From the NCBI RefSeq assembly GCF_009834535.1, contig NC_045697.1, positions 63,366,001 through 63,430,000 of the forward strand: a stretch of 64,000 nt of DNA. Reading direction: 5' to 3'. The notes beneath the pieces are model-generated. The model searched no databases. It worked only from the letters and a program-made list of their open reading frames with translations, and had not been told where the DNA came from. Source of the DNA: Camelus ferus (taxonomy: Eukaryota). Numbering within the stretch: the first letter of the stretch is position 1; every line of letters starts with the position of its first letter. Positions 1 to 12,210 of this stretch are shown here, piece after piece. The translations under genes and the position numbers were made by a program.

Positions 1-59
1 GGAAGGCACAGCATGGAAAAGAGGAACTGGCCTATGTTTGAAGGGTGGAGTACTAGATG

Positions 60-320
60 CAAAGGAGGTTTCCTGATGAAGTGATGTATTTTAAAATGAG
101 ACCTGAAGGTGGATAAGCAATGCTTTTTCATGCAGATAGAAAAACACGTGCAAAGTTCCTGAGGCAGAATGGAGCTTGGCACATTTCAGTGCCTGAATGA
201 AGGACAGTGTAATTGGAACTCAAAAAACTAGGAAGCAGTTGTTATAAGATGAGGTATGTGAGGTAAACAGTTGCTAGTTAACCTTTTTGGTTTTGTTAAG
301 ACGTAAGGATTTTATCTGGT
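60..320 (-). mobile_element. L2 LINE fragment
   Basis: acgtgcaaagttcctgaggcagaatggagcttggcacattt...gaaggacagtgtaattgga resembles the antisense L2 3' region. Confidence 0.6.
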
Positions 321-529
321 CTTTCCCCATATTTTGCCTTTGCTCTACCTATCAGTTCAGCTAGTAGCATAATCCTTCTCACATGTGAATTCATCTCAAT
401 GTAAAATGATATGAATTTACATGTCAATGTCACCCAGTTCTTATAACCACTACTATACTACTGTGGAAGGATGGATATTTATTTCATCCCTGCCAAAAGT
501 ACAGCTAAATATGAAATTATGAAATAATT

Positions 530-1068
530 TCGGATACAAGCCCCATAAGATGGCTGCTGTCATGCTGTCTGTCCATCCCCTGTCCAATCTGACCCTTCCT
601 CACCCTTACCTTATGTTCATGATTGCCTCCTCTTCCTAAGCTGACAGTTTAACCAATAACTACCTGCATGCTTGGCCAACCCCCAGCTAAAGATTATTTT
701 AGCCTTTGGACCAGAATGGATCCAGTATGTTCCCTCATCAACAGGCAACAGCAGCCCTCACGACAGGTGCTAACTCAGAGCTGTGAGAGGCGTGCTCCAG
801 CAGTCATCTGGCAACCTACGAGCCCTTCTAGTGTCATGCCCCCTATAACTGATAGCCTCCTCCCCCAGGTAGCAAACATCACTGCTGTGTCCTGCCTGCC
901 ATCGGTAGTACACGGTGGGGTGTTTCTCCAGGACCTTTGCTTCTAACTTGTAATATTCCCTGTCCAATAAATCACTAATGTCTCTGTCGCTGACTTTGGG
1001 TTCTTTCTTCAGTTTCACGGCTGGGCAGCTGCAAGGATTGCAGGACTGTGAAGCACAGACCAATAACA
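530..1068 (+). mobile_element. Solo ERV LTR (artiodactyl ERV1-like), 5' boundary approximate
   Basis: GC-richer island with AATAAA at ~966 followed by a U5-like gtctctgtcgctgactttgggttctttcttcag...gctgggcag, ending ...aaca. Confidence 0.55.
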
Positions 1069-1974
1069 AGTTGTTTTTTTTCCCCTAAAATGACACTTTC
1101 ATATAAACGATCTATTTTGAAAGAGACCATGAGCAAATGCATAGTTTATTCATCAACAATAGACTTTTTATAGTTAGTTCCTTAAACAGACAGTTTTATT
1201 AGGTTCTGGGAAGCCAGTTCATTAATACAGGTTCATACCTTTGTGCCTGTCTTTGAAGTCTTCAAAGCTAAGATTTAATTTGCCATAAATGACCTGGCCC
1301 TTTTTGAAATGAGGTTTAAATGACAATAAGTTTCCCAAAGTAAGGCTTCTTAAAACATAGCATTATTTTCTGCAAATTTACTTATGAAGCTTTGGAAGGC
1401 AGTTGTATGCATATGCATTTATTATGCTGGACAAATAGAGATTACTTTTGCTTTTCACTCCTTGGAAATCTACTTCAGAAATCATAGCCACATTATAAAA
1501 TGCAAATCACTGAGATCCCTTATGGCCACAGATACTCACTGTAAGGAAAGGTGTCAGTGCACTAAATAAGTAGTTCCTATGACAGATAATAGCATCAATC
1601 CTTTGTAACTGGCATGATTTTGTATTTTGTTAGTCATTTGGGCCATTATATTGGGAAGTTTCCAAGTGATTTGAAGAATAAATGTGGGTGGGAAGAAAAT
1701 TTCTCACTATTAAAATGATAGGGCCAGTTATAACCAAATGAGAAAAAAAATCAGGAAAATACTTTCATTTTTTCTTCCTGGTAAGGAAAAATTCTTTAAT
1801 CACTCTATGGTTTATGTCAAGATATATATTTTCCCATTAAGCTTGTCTGTCATACTAAAAATAGAATTGCAGCAGAACTTTTGAAGTAGCTTGCTAGAAA
1901 ATTCCTTTCACACAAGGGATCCGAGTGACAAAAATGCAGAGCCAATTTACCATAGTAGTTTAAGTCAAATGTTT

Positions 1975-2012
1975 TATTTTTATTTTTTTTAAAATTTTAT
2001 TGAAGCATAGTC
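1975..2012 (-). mobile_element. Extremely 5'-truncated L1 3' tip with 12-bp TSD
   Basis: Minus strand reads gactatgcttcaataaaattttaaaaaaaaataaaaa, the same terminus as 10549-10570 and 22013-22036. Flanked by agtcaaatgttt at 1963-1974 and 2009-2020. Confidence 0.75.
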
Positions 2013-3914
2013 AAATGTTTCAAATACCAATTACAACTCTCTAGTTTCTCAAGGTGAAACTTTCAAGAATATATTTAATGTAATGGTCATGAGTTTTGCT
2101 GTTAATTTTACTCAAAAGCTTTATTATTTTGATACTTATGGAGTGAGAAAAATTCACAAATCTCAGTGCGACTTTATCTAAATGTTACTAAATTTTAAAT
2201 TATAAAGACTTGGGTAGCATTTATAAGCAACAAGGCAAGTACAAATATTACTGAGCAATTCTACCAAAGACTTGTGGAGTTGACACAGACAGGGTAAAGT
2301 GTATATGAATGTGCTCAGTGGAGATTACATTGTCTTTGTTTTTTGTTTGCGGTAGTTATGGTGATTAATGAACCACTGTGTGGGGCCTCAGTATCTTACC
2401 CTTTGTGTGTGTGCGTGTGTGGAGTTAAGGGACTATCTTTTTTGATATAAAGCATGCTTCTTCAGAAACAATAATAATTCATAGTGTTGGGAGACAGAGA
2501 GCTATACATTCTAAAGTACATGACTTGTATTATCTCATGAGCTCTGCTGATGCAAGAAGAGAGCACCTGATCCTAGCTCTGCCCTCCTGGCCTTTTTACA
2601 GGTTGTCTGTGCTAGAAGAACTACGACCTCATATCAGAGACTTTGCTCCTTTTCTTGTCAATTACATGGATTTTTTTTTTTTTTAGGTGAACTTGTCCAG
2701 AGATGCAGGAGTATTTTTGGCCCATTCATAGTCTATTATTAAAAACACTGATATTCAAAATATTTAACAATTGTAAACCCCAGGCACCAACCAATTAAGA
2801 ATGGTTTTGATTACTGTAGCCCACTGTTTTTCACATAGAAATAAAATGTTTCAAGATAAATGGATTTGGTTTTTGTATGTGAAAGAATATTAGTTGTTAT
2901 TTTTCAGTATCAATTACTGAGAAGTTAATAATCGTGGTGAGCCTCTTGAGGTCAGTGACAAAATCCTATTAATCTCTGTAACATCAGCTACTATTGCTCT
3001 GCTGTACACAATGTGGATGTTTCCCATAACTGTGAAGTAATACCATCATTCTCTCTCTTGTTGGAATTAAGAATGGATCCGAACCTTTGAAGTATAAAAC
3101 AAATGGCTAATTTTATATTCTAAATACATTTTTGCATATGGCCACTTCTTACTATCTGAGATGGCAATGATCCTTCCACGTGTAAATGTTAAGCAGTAAT
3201 CCTCAGAACCTCAGTAATTTCTGGAAATTAATCATAGGACTTCACACTGGTGTGGTTTCTGAAAGATTTTCCAGTCTTTATTGATGTTTAGATACATGAT
3301 TGGACAAACAGGTTCAAAGAAGCAGCAACCTAATTAAAAGGGATTATAAAACTGTTAGTTTAATTATTTTATTGTAAGAGTGCTGGGAAATTTCAAGCTG
3401 TGGTTGGCAGTCCTGCAATACATAACAATCCACCGTGCAGAAAATTTCCTGTGTACAAATGAGAACTGTAGGTATAGATTATTGCAAAGAATTATGTTTT
3501 GTTCACTCACTCATTATTGTATTCATTTATTCCACTTCAGTTATACAATTATTTACTGAGTCAGCCTAATATGTGCCAGACACCAGGCTTGTTCACAACT
3601 GAAACCTGGTAAATCTTTAAAAATTTTATTATAACTAAAATGCTGTTACACATAACATGAATTCTAATTTTTATATTTCATTTTATTCTTCTTGGTCTTA
3701 GAGAAAATAGCATGAAAGACACTAAAAGAAAATAAAAAACCTTTAAGAATAACTTTATAGTTCACTACAAGTTGTGTGTAATTAAAATGAATCAGTCATA
3801 TCAGATATATTTTAAAAGTGAAAATATAAATGATTCTTGGTGTAATTGTAGGTACGACTTGTTTTTCAATTTCTGTTTTTGTTCATTTGCTTGCTTATTT
3901 TTCACATGAGATGC

Positions 3915-4135
3915 AGCATCTTGTAGTGATTTAGAGCTTGAGTGCACTGCCTGCATTCAAATCTCAGCTCTGTCCCTTGTTTGCTCTTTCCCCATCAGCA
4001 TGTAACTTAACCTCTTTGAGACTCAAATCCCTCAGCTGTGAAGTGGAGATTATAATACCTCAAAGAGTTGTTATGAGTATTAAATGGCTTAGCATATGTA
4101 AAGGCCTTACAGGACTACCTGAGATATATTAATTA
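3915..4135 (+). mobile_element. MIR SINE
   Basis: ttcaaatctcagctctg...cttaacctctttgag...ctcagctgtgaagtggagattataatacctc...gttgttatgagtattaaatg MIR core. Confidence 0.75.
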
Positions 4136-4194
4136 TTATATATTTGCACACAATATGGTTAGTAGGGGAAAAAGTCTTATCTTGCTTATGTACT

Positions 4195-4400
4195 TAGGTT
4201 GAATCCTCTTAGGTCTACTTCTTAATAGCTATTTAACTTAGAAAAGTTACCTGTCTGGGTCTCTTTCCTGGTATATAAAATTAAGATACTCATTATATCT
4301 ACCTATTAGTCTTGTTCAATGTTTGAATGAATTAGCACACATGAAATGGTTAGCACAGTACTTGCCCCATAGTCAGTCCTCAAAAGATGTTAGCTATGGC
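4195..4400 (+). mobile_element. MIR SINE
   Basis: MIR core and 3' end (...ttagcacagtacttgccccatagtcagtcctcaaaagatgttagctat). Confidence 0.65.
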
Positions 4401-5944
4401 TGTTTATCTATTATTTAATTATAAATGTAAGGTGGGGATAGTATTTACTATCTTATCACTTCAAAAGACAATGGTAATCAATGTGAAGACAAGTGAACAA
4501 TGGTGTGATGCAAAAAATGTGTTTTCTTTACTAATTATCCAATACTTTATAAATTAAATTATAGTATTAGTGAATAATCAGATGGATAAAATTAACTGAA
4601 GATATATATATTTTTTTATTCGCATCATTGCCTGACGTTGGTGGCTGGCTCCAAGGCAACTCTGTTTTTTCTCAATTTAGGTTGCCAAGTGACCTTGTCA
4701 TATAATTCAGTAAATAATATACATAGAACCTATAGAAATTGAGCATAAATCCTAAACTATTATTTCATAAATATCCTGAGCTATGTTATAATGTTAATTG
4801 TCATTATTGTGTAGGCCCCTTGGTTTTAACAAATGGAAACAAATTTAGACAAACACATGAAAAATGATTATTTTCTTAAGCTCCTCTTTTCATACTTTTT
4901 TTAGATCTGCCTGATAGATGTGTTTGGAAAATTATTAATCTTAATATCTTTTCTGTATATATACATTCAATCTAAGCATGTTAAATTGTTTTTAAAATGC
5001 ATTATTTAAAAATAATTGTTGAAAAACAATACTTATGACTGAACAAATGATATTCCCTGAGGCCCCTATTACTATAAATGTCATATGTTAGGTTAAAAGA
5101 AAGAGAAAAATCTATAAAAATAACAGATATTCTTGAACTGTTAATTTTGGCCTATAGTTCCAAACTGTGAGTCACCACTTATACCAAAAGCATTTGTAGA
5201 TGAAATAAGAAATGAATCTTTTATGTATTTTACAGCCTGGAAACACCACCAAAATAACCAAAGTTAGCAATTTTAATAAAGAAAATAATAATAATGATAA
5301 TAATTGTTCATTATCAAGTAGAACAAAATAAATATGTTTTTTCATACATTACTATGCTAAAATTTTAATGATTATTTGATAAGCATGCTAATTACATATG
5401 GAGTTCTGCATTTCACATTTATTTCACTATTTTCACATAAAATCCTGTGCATACTAGTCAATCCGGAAATGGTCATTGTTTGATTAGGTAAATTAAAATA
5501 ACAAAAATTATTTTATCTCAAGTTTTGGTTTCATAATTTTTTCTTCCCAGTTAATTTTTAAGCATATTTTTGTAAAATCTCTATATAAAATTTCTTTCAG
5601 TGATTTCTTTTGACTTTCAGCATTTTTAAAAGTTAAAAATGTAAACACTTATCATGTGTAATAAAGTGTAAACATTGTTACCATATTTAATAGAAGTTCT
5701 AGTTGGCGAAAAAAATTCTGTAGCAGTGATTGTCATTGAATCTTACCACTACGTATACAATTGACCCATTCCATAATTTCGACAAAGGTTTCAGAATTTT
5801 CAAAGATTAATATGAGGAGATAAAGAGAGTCATAAAGAAAATCTTAAATCTTTCTAGCTCACTACTGACATTGATCAACAGCTTGGAAAATACTGCTCTG
5901 AAATATGCTGTATAGTAATTTTTGTTCATTTTTTGTCTTGTTAG

Positions 5945-6152
5945 GAACCTGTCCCTGAAATTAACAAAAGACAATGATCAGGAAGCCAGGTTTTCCCATG
6001 TGAGCCGAATGCCCAGCAGTCCATCTGCAGATTGGCCCCTGCAAGGTGTGGAGGAAAACGGAGGCTTAGATTCTCTGCCATTCAGACTGATGTTACAGGA
6101 CTGCACAGCCGTCAAGACCTTATTATTAAAGATGAAGAGAGTTCTTCAAGAG
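5945..6152 (+). CDS. CCSER1: Internal coding exon (208 nt) of coiled-coil serine-rich protein 1 (FAM190A), probably orthologous to human exon 6
   Basis: Polypyrimidine tract ttttgttcattttttgtcttgttAG (AG at 5943-5944) and donor GAG|GTAATG (GT at 6153-6154). Open frame NLSLKLTKDNDQEARFSHVSRMPSSPSADWPLQGVEENGGLDSLPFRLMLQDCTAVKTLLLKMKRVLQE, recognised from memory as CCSER1. Enters in phase 2 and exits in phase 0. Confidence 0.92.
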
Positions 6153-6199
6153 GTAATGGTTTTCTCTAAGATTAATGTCTTTCAGTGCTGGTAGAAAGG

Positions 6200-6360
6200 G
6201 AAGTCTGTAGACCTAGTTAGTCCCAACTTATGTCAGTAATTGTATAACTTGGGGCAGGGCTCACGCATCCTCATGGAGCTTAGTTTTTCTCATACGTCAA
6301 ATGAAGAGTTTGTAGCTCCAGTTTATAAGGTACTCTTCAGCTCAAAAATTCTAAGATTCT
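6200..6360 (+). mobile_element. MIR3/MIRc-like SINE just downstream of the exon
   Basis: acttggggcag...agtttttctcatacgtcaaatgaagagtttg...taaggtactcttcagctcaaaaattcta. Confidence 0.55.
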
Positions 6361-6729
6361 GCAGAGGAATCTAAAAAGAAAAAAAAATGATACCAAGCCT
6401 GGGAAAAGTCAGGTAAAGAGAAATGGGCAGCAGCTATTACGTATGTTTATATGTTACTATAAAGCTATTGAGAGACCTATTAAATGGACTTCACCTTAAT
6501 GATACTGAGCTTCTGTGTGATACCATAAAAGTAGTTTATTTACTCATTTTTGTCCCAATAACAATTAATCTAGTAAAACTTTATCTGAATGTTTGACTGA
6601 TTTTGCCCATTAAATACAGCTGCCCTCTTGCAGCTTGTGCTGTTAGATGATGAGCAAGTCAGGAAAATGTACAGTGGAGTCTTTCATCTTTATGTCCAGG
6701 AATCAGCCATTCTTTAGGATTCAAGTGTG

Positions 6730-6730
<1 letters not shown>

Positions 6731-6767
<37 letters not shown>
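6731..6767. repeat. (TA)18 microsatellite
   Basis: Direct read. Confidence 0.97.
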
Positions 6768-6770
<3 letters not shown>

Positions 6771-7278
6771 TTGTAGTTACAAGTTATTTTCTTTGAAGGA
6801 TTTCTATAAAAAGTGTATACAGTATTATCTCAAAGATACAAAGTGAGGGGACAGAAATTTTAAATGATTTTCCTCGAGTGGGTGTGAATTCAGGACAACA
6901 GCCTGAGATTCCTGACTCCCAGTTCAGTGACTTTTTATTATATGCCGTTATCATTTAATTGATTTCTTGTTATTGATAAGAGATATTAGTAAATAATGTG
7001 AGAACAGAAAAATATAACTATTAAGTATGATTAGTATTATGGCTCCCTTACAATGATGATCATTGTAACACTGATGATAGTAATGACATTAGCAGCTACC
7101 ACTAGAGGCCAGAATAGAATCAGGCAGAGAGAAGAGCATTTAAGAGAAATGATTGTCATAACTGCTGAGGGCATCCAGTCATGTGTTCTGATCAGTTGTT
7201 AAGTTGAAAATTGGCAGAGATCTCTGCATCCCTTACCAGCTTATGTCGCTGGGGTAATCTCTGTGTCTAGAATCTATG

Positions 7279-7677
7279 CAGTGGTGTGTAGGAGTTGTGT
7301 GCGTATACTTGATCACTGTTAGAATTTCAGGAATTTGATGATCTGGCAGTTAAACACAGGCATAAAAAACTTAAATTATATATATTTTAAATGTCCCAAA
7401 TTACATTTTTAAAAGGATAGTCAATACTCAATACTTTACATTTCCAATTTATTTTACTATATTTTACTATTAGCCACACTTGTGAGCTTATTTACATCTA
7501 TTGGATGTATATCTTGGAAATACTATGTAACAGCTATCCAATTGTAGATTCATTTTTGGCATTTTGGTAGCTTGAAATCAGCCACATGGGAGTATTATGC
7601 CACAGAAATTGGCAAACGATACAAGGTAGGGCTTTTAATTTTTGGTGAGCTGTTAAATATTTAACAGTACACCACTA
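7279..7677 (+). mobile_element. MER63-type hAT-Blackjack MITE
   Basis: Inverted termini cagtggtgtg.../...cagtacaccact. Internal MER63 motifs: tttcaggaattt, ttggtagcttgaaatcagcc, gaaattggcaaac. Confidence 0.8.
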
Positions 7678-9089
7678 TACACCTGACTATATGGTTTCTA
7701 TATTGACAGCATTAGCATTTTTTTCTGCACTTGCCAAATCTCCCCAATCTTTTGCTTGACATGCAGTCTGAACCTCTTTGAACAAGGCAACTTAATAACA
7801 GCTGTTAAATTAAAATATATTAATCTCAAAGTCTGTAACATTCAGCTATTCAGTTTTCTACCTCTCTCTTTGGTCTGGATTTTAATTTTATAAAATTGTC
7901 CAATACAAGTAAAAGAGAAGTAGGAAGAACTGACAAAGTGTCAAGGGGCTTTTTGACGGTACTTAGTTTTATAATTTAAAAATAGTTAGTGATATGCACT
8001 ATAGAGTCAATATTCAGAATATATTCAGATTGTTTTTACATTTACATCTGTTTTTCTTCATTAAAGAGTATTTGAAGAAACTGAAGAGAATTGACTTTTA
8101 AAGCTGATGTAAAATGAGCAATAATTACATCTGTTTGTTAAGCCCATTCAGGGACCAGGGGTCTTACTCTTTACAGTCAGCAAGAAAAGCAATTATTAGT
8201 ATATGATTAGCATAGACAAGTGTTCTAGTAATAAGATATGCATAATAGGTGCTGGTAAAGAAAACTGAAATATTCTCTAAGCCAAGAGTTTTAAAACAAC
8301 AACATATTTCATTACCAAATTTAATTCCAACTGCTCATTTTAGATTAATAATACCTTTTTAATATAAAAAATATTGTTTATTTCTGTTATCTTATTTTTA
8401 TGACGTATAGTAGTCCACTTTTGTGTCTGATAAAATTTTAGCCACAGAAGATCCCAATTATTTTATTTTTAAGATAAAAAAGTAATTAATGGGTTTAGTG
8501 TGTCACACTAGAAAATGCTTTTATTTGAGATTTTTCCTAATGGTGCTCTGTTGACATCTTAGATTTTAATTCCTGAGATGGGTCAAGTGTTAATAATCTG
8601 TATGGAATCTCATACTCCTAATTTTGTTCCCCTTCTTTGGAGATCAGTTGGTATTACAACTACAAGCATCAACTCCTTTATTAAAAAAAATAATAAATAC
8701 TGGATTTGGGCCAAAAGAAATTCTATTGTCACTTTACCTTTTAGTATTAATGATTTTATAAAAAAGTGACTATAGCAAGGAGGAACTATGTACATTTTTT
8801 TCTTCCGCTTTTGTTAATTTTTTTCATAATTCCATTATCTAGAAAAGAAAATATTTAGTGTATTATCTACAGAAATAGTTTCTGTTCTAATGTTTCCTTT
8901 CAGTTTTCTCTGTTCTCTTTTTGTTATTATCTTATTAAAAAATTTGTTTGTACTATATGGTAACTGACCAAGAAGACTTTCTTTTATAAAGTTGTAATAG
9001 CAACTGATCTCCAAAGAAGGGGGAACAAAATTAAGAAAATGAGATAAACAACAAGGTCATAATGTATAGTTCAGGGAACTATATTTATT

Positions 9090-11070
9090 ATTAAGCAAAA
9101 TTTCAGAAGATTTGAACATTATTAACTTCTTCAATAATGACTAACTTACTTTTATATAACAGAATTGTACAATCTTTGCAGTGCATATGAAACATCAAGA
9201 CAGGAGTATATGCTGGGTCATAAAAATGTCTCAATAAATTTCAAAGATAGGCATCTATGGAATACATTTTTTGAGAACAATGGAATTAAATTAGAAATCA
9301 AGAATGGTTTAACTAGGAAGAACTAAAAAAACATCAACTACTTGGAAATTAAACAACAAACTTCTACATAACCAATGGATCAATTTAGAAACCTCAAGGA
9401 AATTTTAAAGTGTTTCAAATGAGATGATAAAAATAATACAACAAATCAGAATTTGTGGTTATAGATGAAGCCATGCTTGGAGGGAAATTTATACCTGTAA
9501 AAGTTTATAATTCAAATAATAAATAATTAATAATCTAATTTTCTTCTTAAAAAGCTAGAAAAATAAAGGGCAAATTAAACCTAAAGGAAGTAATAAAAAT
9601 AAATATAAAGAAGAAAATTAATGAAAATGAAAACATACAACTAACAGAAAATTTAGAAACTGCACAAACTGGTTCTTTGGAAAGTTAAAAAAAAAAACTG
9701 TAGAAGAAAAACACTGAAGAAAATAAGAACACAAATTACTAATATCAGCGATGAATTGAGGGAGGAATAATCACTACAAATCTTACGGACATAAAAAGGA
9801 TAACAAGGGAATGTTATAAAAAGCAGTATGGCAATAAATATGACAATATAGATGGAAATCACAAATCCCTTGGTAAGTACAACTTTCCATGGTGACATAA
9901 GAAGAAATTAAAAATCAGAATATTCCAATTTCTATTAAAGAAATATATTTTATTATTAGAAAGAGAAAAAAAGAAAAAAAAATCCCAATATAGAAAATCC
10001 AAGTCCAGGAGCTTTCACCGGTGCTTTCTGTCAAATATTTAAAAAAGACTTAAGACTAATATGCAAAATAGTTCAGGAAGTAAAGGAGCAGAATATGCTT
10101 CTTAGTTTGTTCGATGTGGCCAGCATAGGCCTATTATAATAATTTGTCAAAATCTTCATAAAAAAGGAAATTATAGAAAAAATTCCTCCAATATGTATAC
10201 ATAAATGCAAAAGTCTTAAAATTAGTAAATAAAAGTCAGCAATATATAAACATATAATGACCTAGTTGGGCCTATTGCAAGAATACAAGGTTTGTTTAAC
10301 ATTCAAAAACCAATCAATGCATTATGGTTACCAGGGGGAGAAGGGCGTGGGGAGAGATAAATTGAGAGTTTGGGATTTGCAGATACCAACTACTATGTAT
10401 TAAATAGATAAACCACAAGGTCATACTGTATAGCTCAGGGAGCTATATTTAATATCTTGTAATAACCTATATTTAAAAAAATATGAAAAGGAATATGTAT
10501 ATAATTGAGTCACTATGCTGTACACCAGAAACTAACACATTATAAATTGACTATACTTCAATTTTAAAAAGAACAAAAAAATTAGTTCAATTCACTATAC
10601 TAATAAATTAAAAGAAAAAAGATGTATGGTCATATTAATAGGTGAATAAAACACATTTGAAAAAAATCAAACATCAATTTATGGTTAAAAAAGAGAAAAA
10701 CTCAGCACATTAGTAGTAGAAAGGAACTTCTGTTCCTGCAGTTAAGATCCATATTTAATGATGCAAAACTGAAGTTTCTGGCTAATATTATTAGCAAGGC
10801 AAAAAAGTCCACTTTCTCCACTTGTAATGAACATTGTGCTGGATGTCCCAAATAGAAATAAACCAGATAAAACATAAAAAGCATAAATACTGGAAAGAAA
10901 AGGTAAAACTATCTCTATCAGCAGATACATGTTTGTTTATATAGACATCTCTAAGGAATCTGCAAAAAAGGTAATAATAAACCTAATAGGAATAATAAGT
11001 GAATTTAGTGAGGTTGAAGGATACAAAGATATAAGGTTATAATAAAATTATGTATTGATTCATAGAAAAT
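9090..11070 (+). mobile_element. Old degraded L1 ORF2 segment (L1M), interrupted at 10321-10580
   Basis: A-rich sequence with ORF2 landmarks: gtctcaataaatttcaaag, aatggaattaaattagaaatca, ggaaattaaacaacaaacttcta, caaggtttgtttaacattc, aaactatctctatcagcagat. Confidence 0.85.
10321..10582 (+). mobile_element. Younger artiodactyl L1 3' end nested in the old L1
   Basis: atggttaccaggggg...gagtttgggatttgcagatac...actgtatagctcaggg...gactatacttcaatttt plus A-rich tail. The old ORF2 resumes immediately after. Confidence 0.85.
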
Positions 11071-11074
11071 TATC

Positions 11075-12210
11075 TAGTAGACTCAAACAAACATCTGCTG
11101 TCTCATAGTTTTTGTGGTTAGGAATTTGAGAGCAGTTTACACACTGCTTCTGGCTGAAGGCCTTTCATAGAGTTACACTCAAGATGTCAGCCACGATTGC
11201 AGTCAAGAAAGTTTGGGCTTGAGGATTAACAGAATGTGCCAGGAGGATTCAGTTTTTCACTACCGGTGGTCAGAGTCTCAGTGCCTCACCACGTGAACAT
11301 CTTCACTGAGTGACATAGCACCTGGCTTCCCCCAGAGTATGCAATCCAAGAGAGAGAATAAGACAAAGTGAATGATGTCTTTTATAACCTAGTCTCAAGA
11401 GTAACATACCATCACTTTTGTGAAATTTATTGGTTGTAAAGACCAACCTTGTTTCAGGTGGGAGAGCACTATAGAAAGCCTGGATACCACGAGGTGAGGA
11501 ACATTGTGACCCTTTTTACCCAAAGTACAGTATTCCACCTTTGGCCCCCAGGGATGTATTTCTTACAGTCCAAAGGACACTTACCACCTTCCAAGACCAC
11601 CCAAAGTATCATTCTATTACCTCATTGGCTCAAAGTACAGAATCTCGTTATGCAAAACATGTACAGTTGTAGATACACCTTTAGTGTAGCAACCAAAGTA
11701 CAGTTCTCCATTTGAAGACCCTGGAACTAATGCATAGGTTAGTAGTTCCTTGATTTGGACTCAAAGCCCGGGAATAATTCTACATGGCTTTTAGTTACAT
11801 CCTCTTTACTCTTGGTTCTACCCTTCAAATTATCCTTTCCTTTCTTATAAAGTTAGCACATGTTTGAAGCTGAATAAGTTTTCTCATTCTTATTTGTGCT
11901 TGTCATCATTGTTCTCCAAAGTCCTCTTTTAATTTTGTATTGTCTTTCTTTAATTCTGAACTGCGAAGTGTTTCTATGAAAAGAGTTCTCTTAAATTCTT
12001 TTATTCTTTTTAGATCTATTGTGAACCTTATTAGGGATTCACTCCATTAGGCAAAGCCACATCCACAAATCTCTTCAAGAGAAGCCCTTCTCTAGCTTGA
12101 AATAGCTGATGGACAACCACTTTAATCTTTTAAAGTTTAAATTATGTGGTTGAGAGCATCTGTGAGACCTTCCCTAAAACCTTCAACAGAGGGTGGCTGA
12201 ACCAGGTACC
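11075..12210 (-). mobile_element. MLT1 (MaLR) LTR plus adjoining internal sequence
   Basis: tctcatagtttttgtggttaggaatttgagagcag...tcaagatgtcagcc...cctggcttcccccagag...gtcttttataacctagtctca, then MaLR-internal-like sequence. Confidence 0.65.

Noticed and set aside
668..1069. Overlapping 92-aa and 99-aa ORFs
   Set aside because: They lie within an LTR-like segment and have no recognisable protein family.
2671..2692. Strong-looking acceptor T14-AG
   Set aside because: No matching open exon or donor that I could tie to CCSER1. T-runs are common in this window.
5922..6194. 90-aa ORF as a standalone gene
   Set aside because: It is the CCSER1 exon plus intronic read-through. The 'start' is a TTG inside the polypyrimidine tract.
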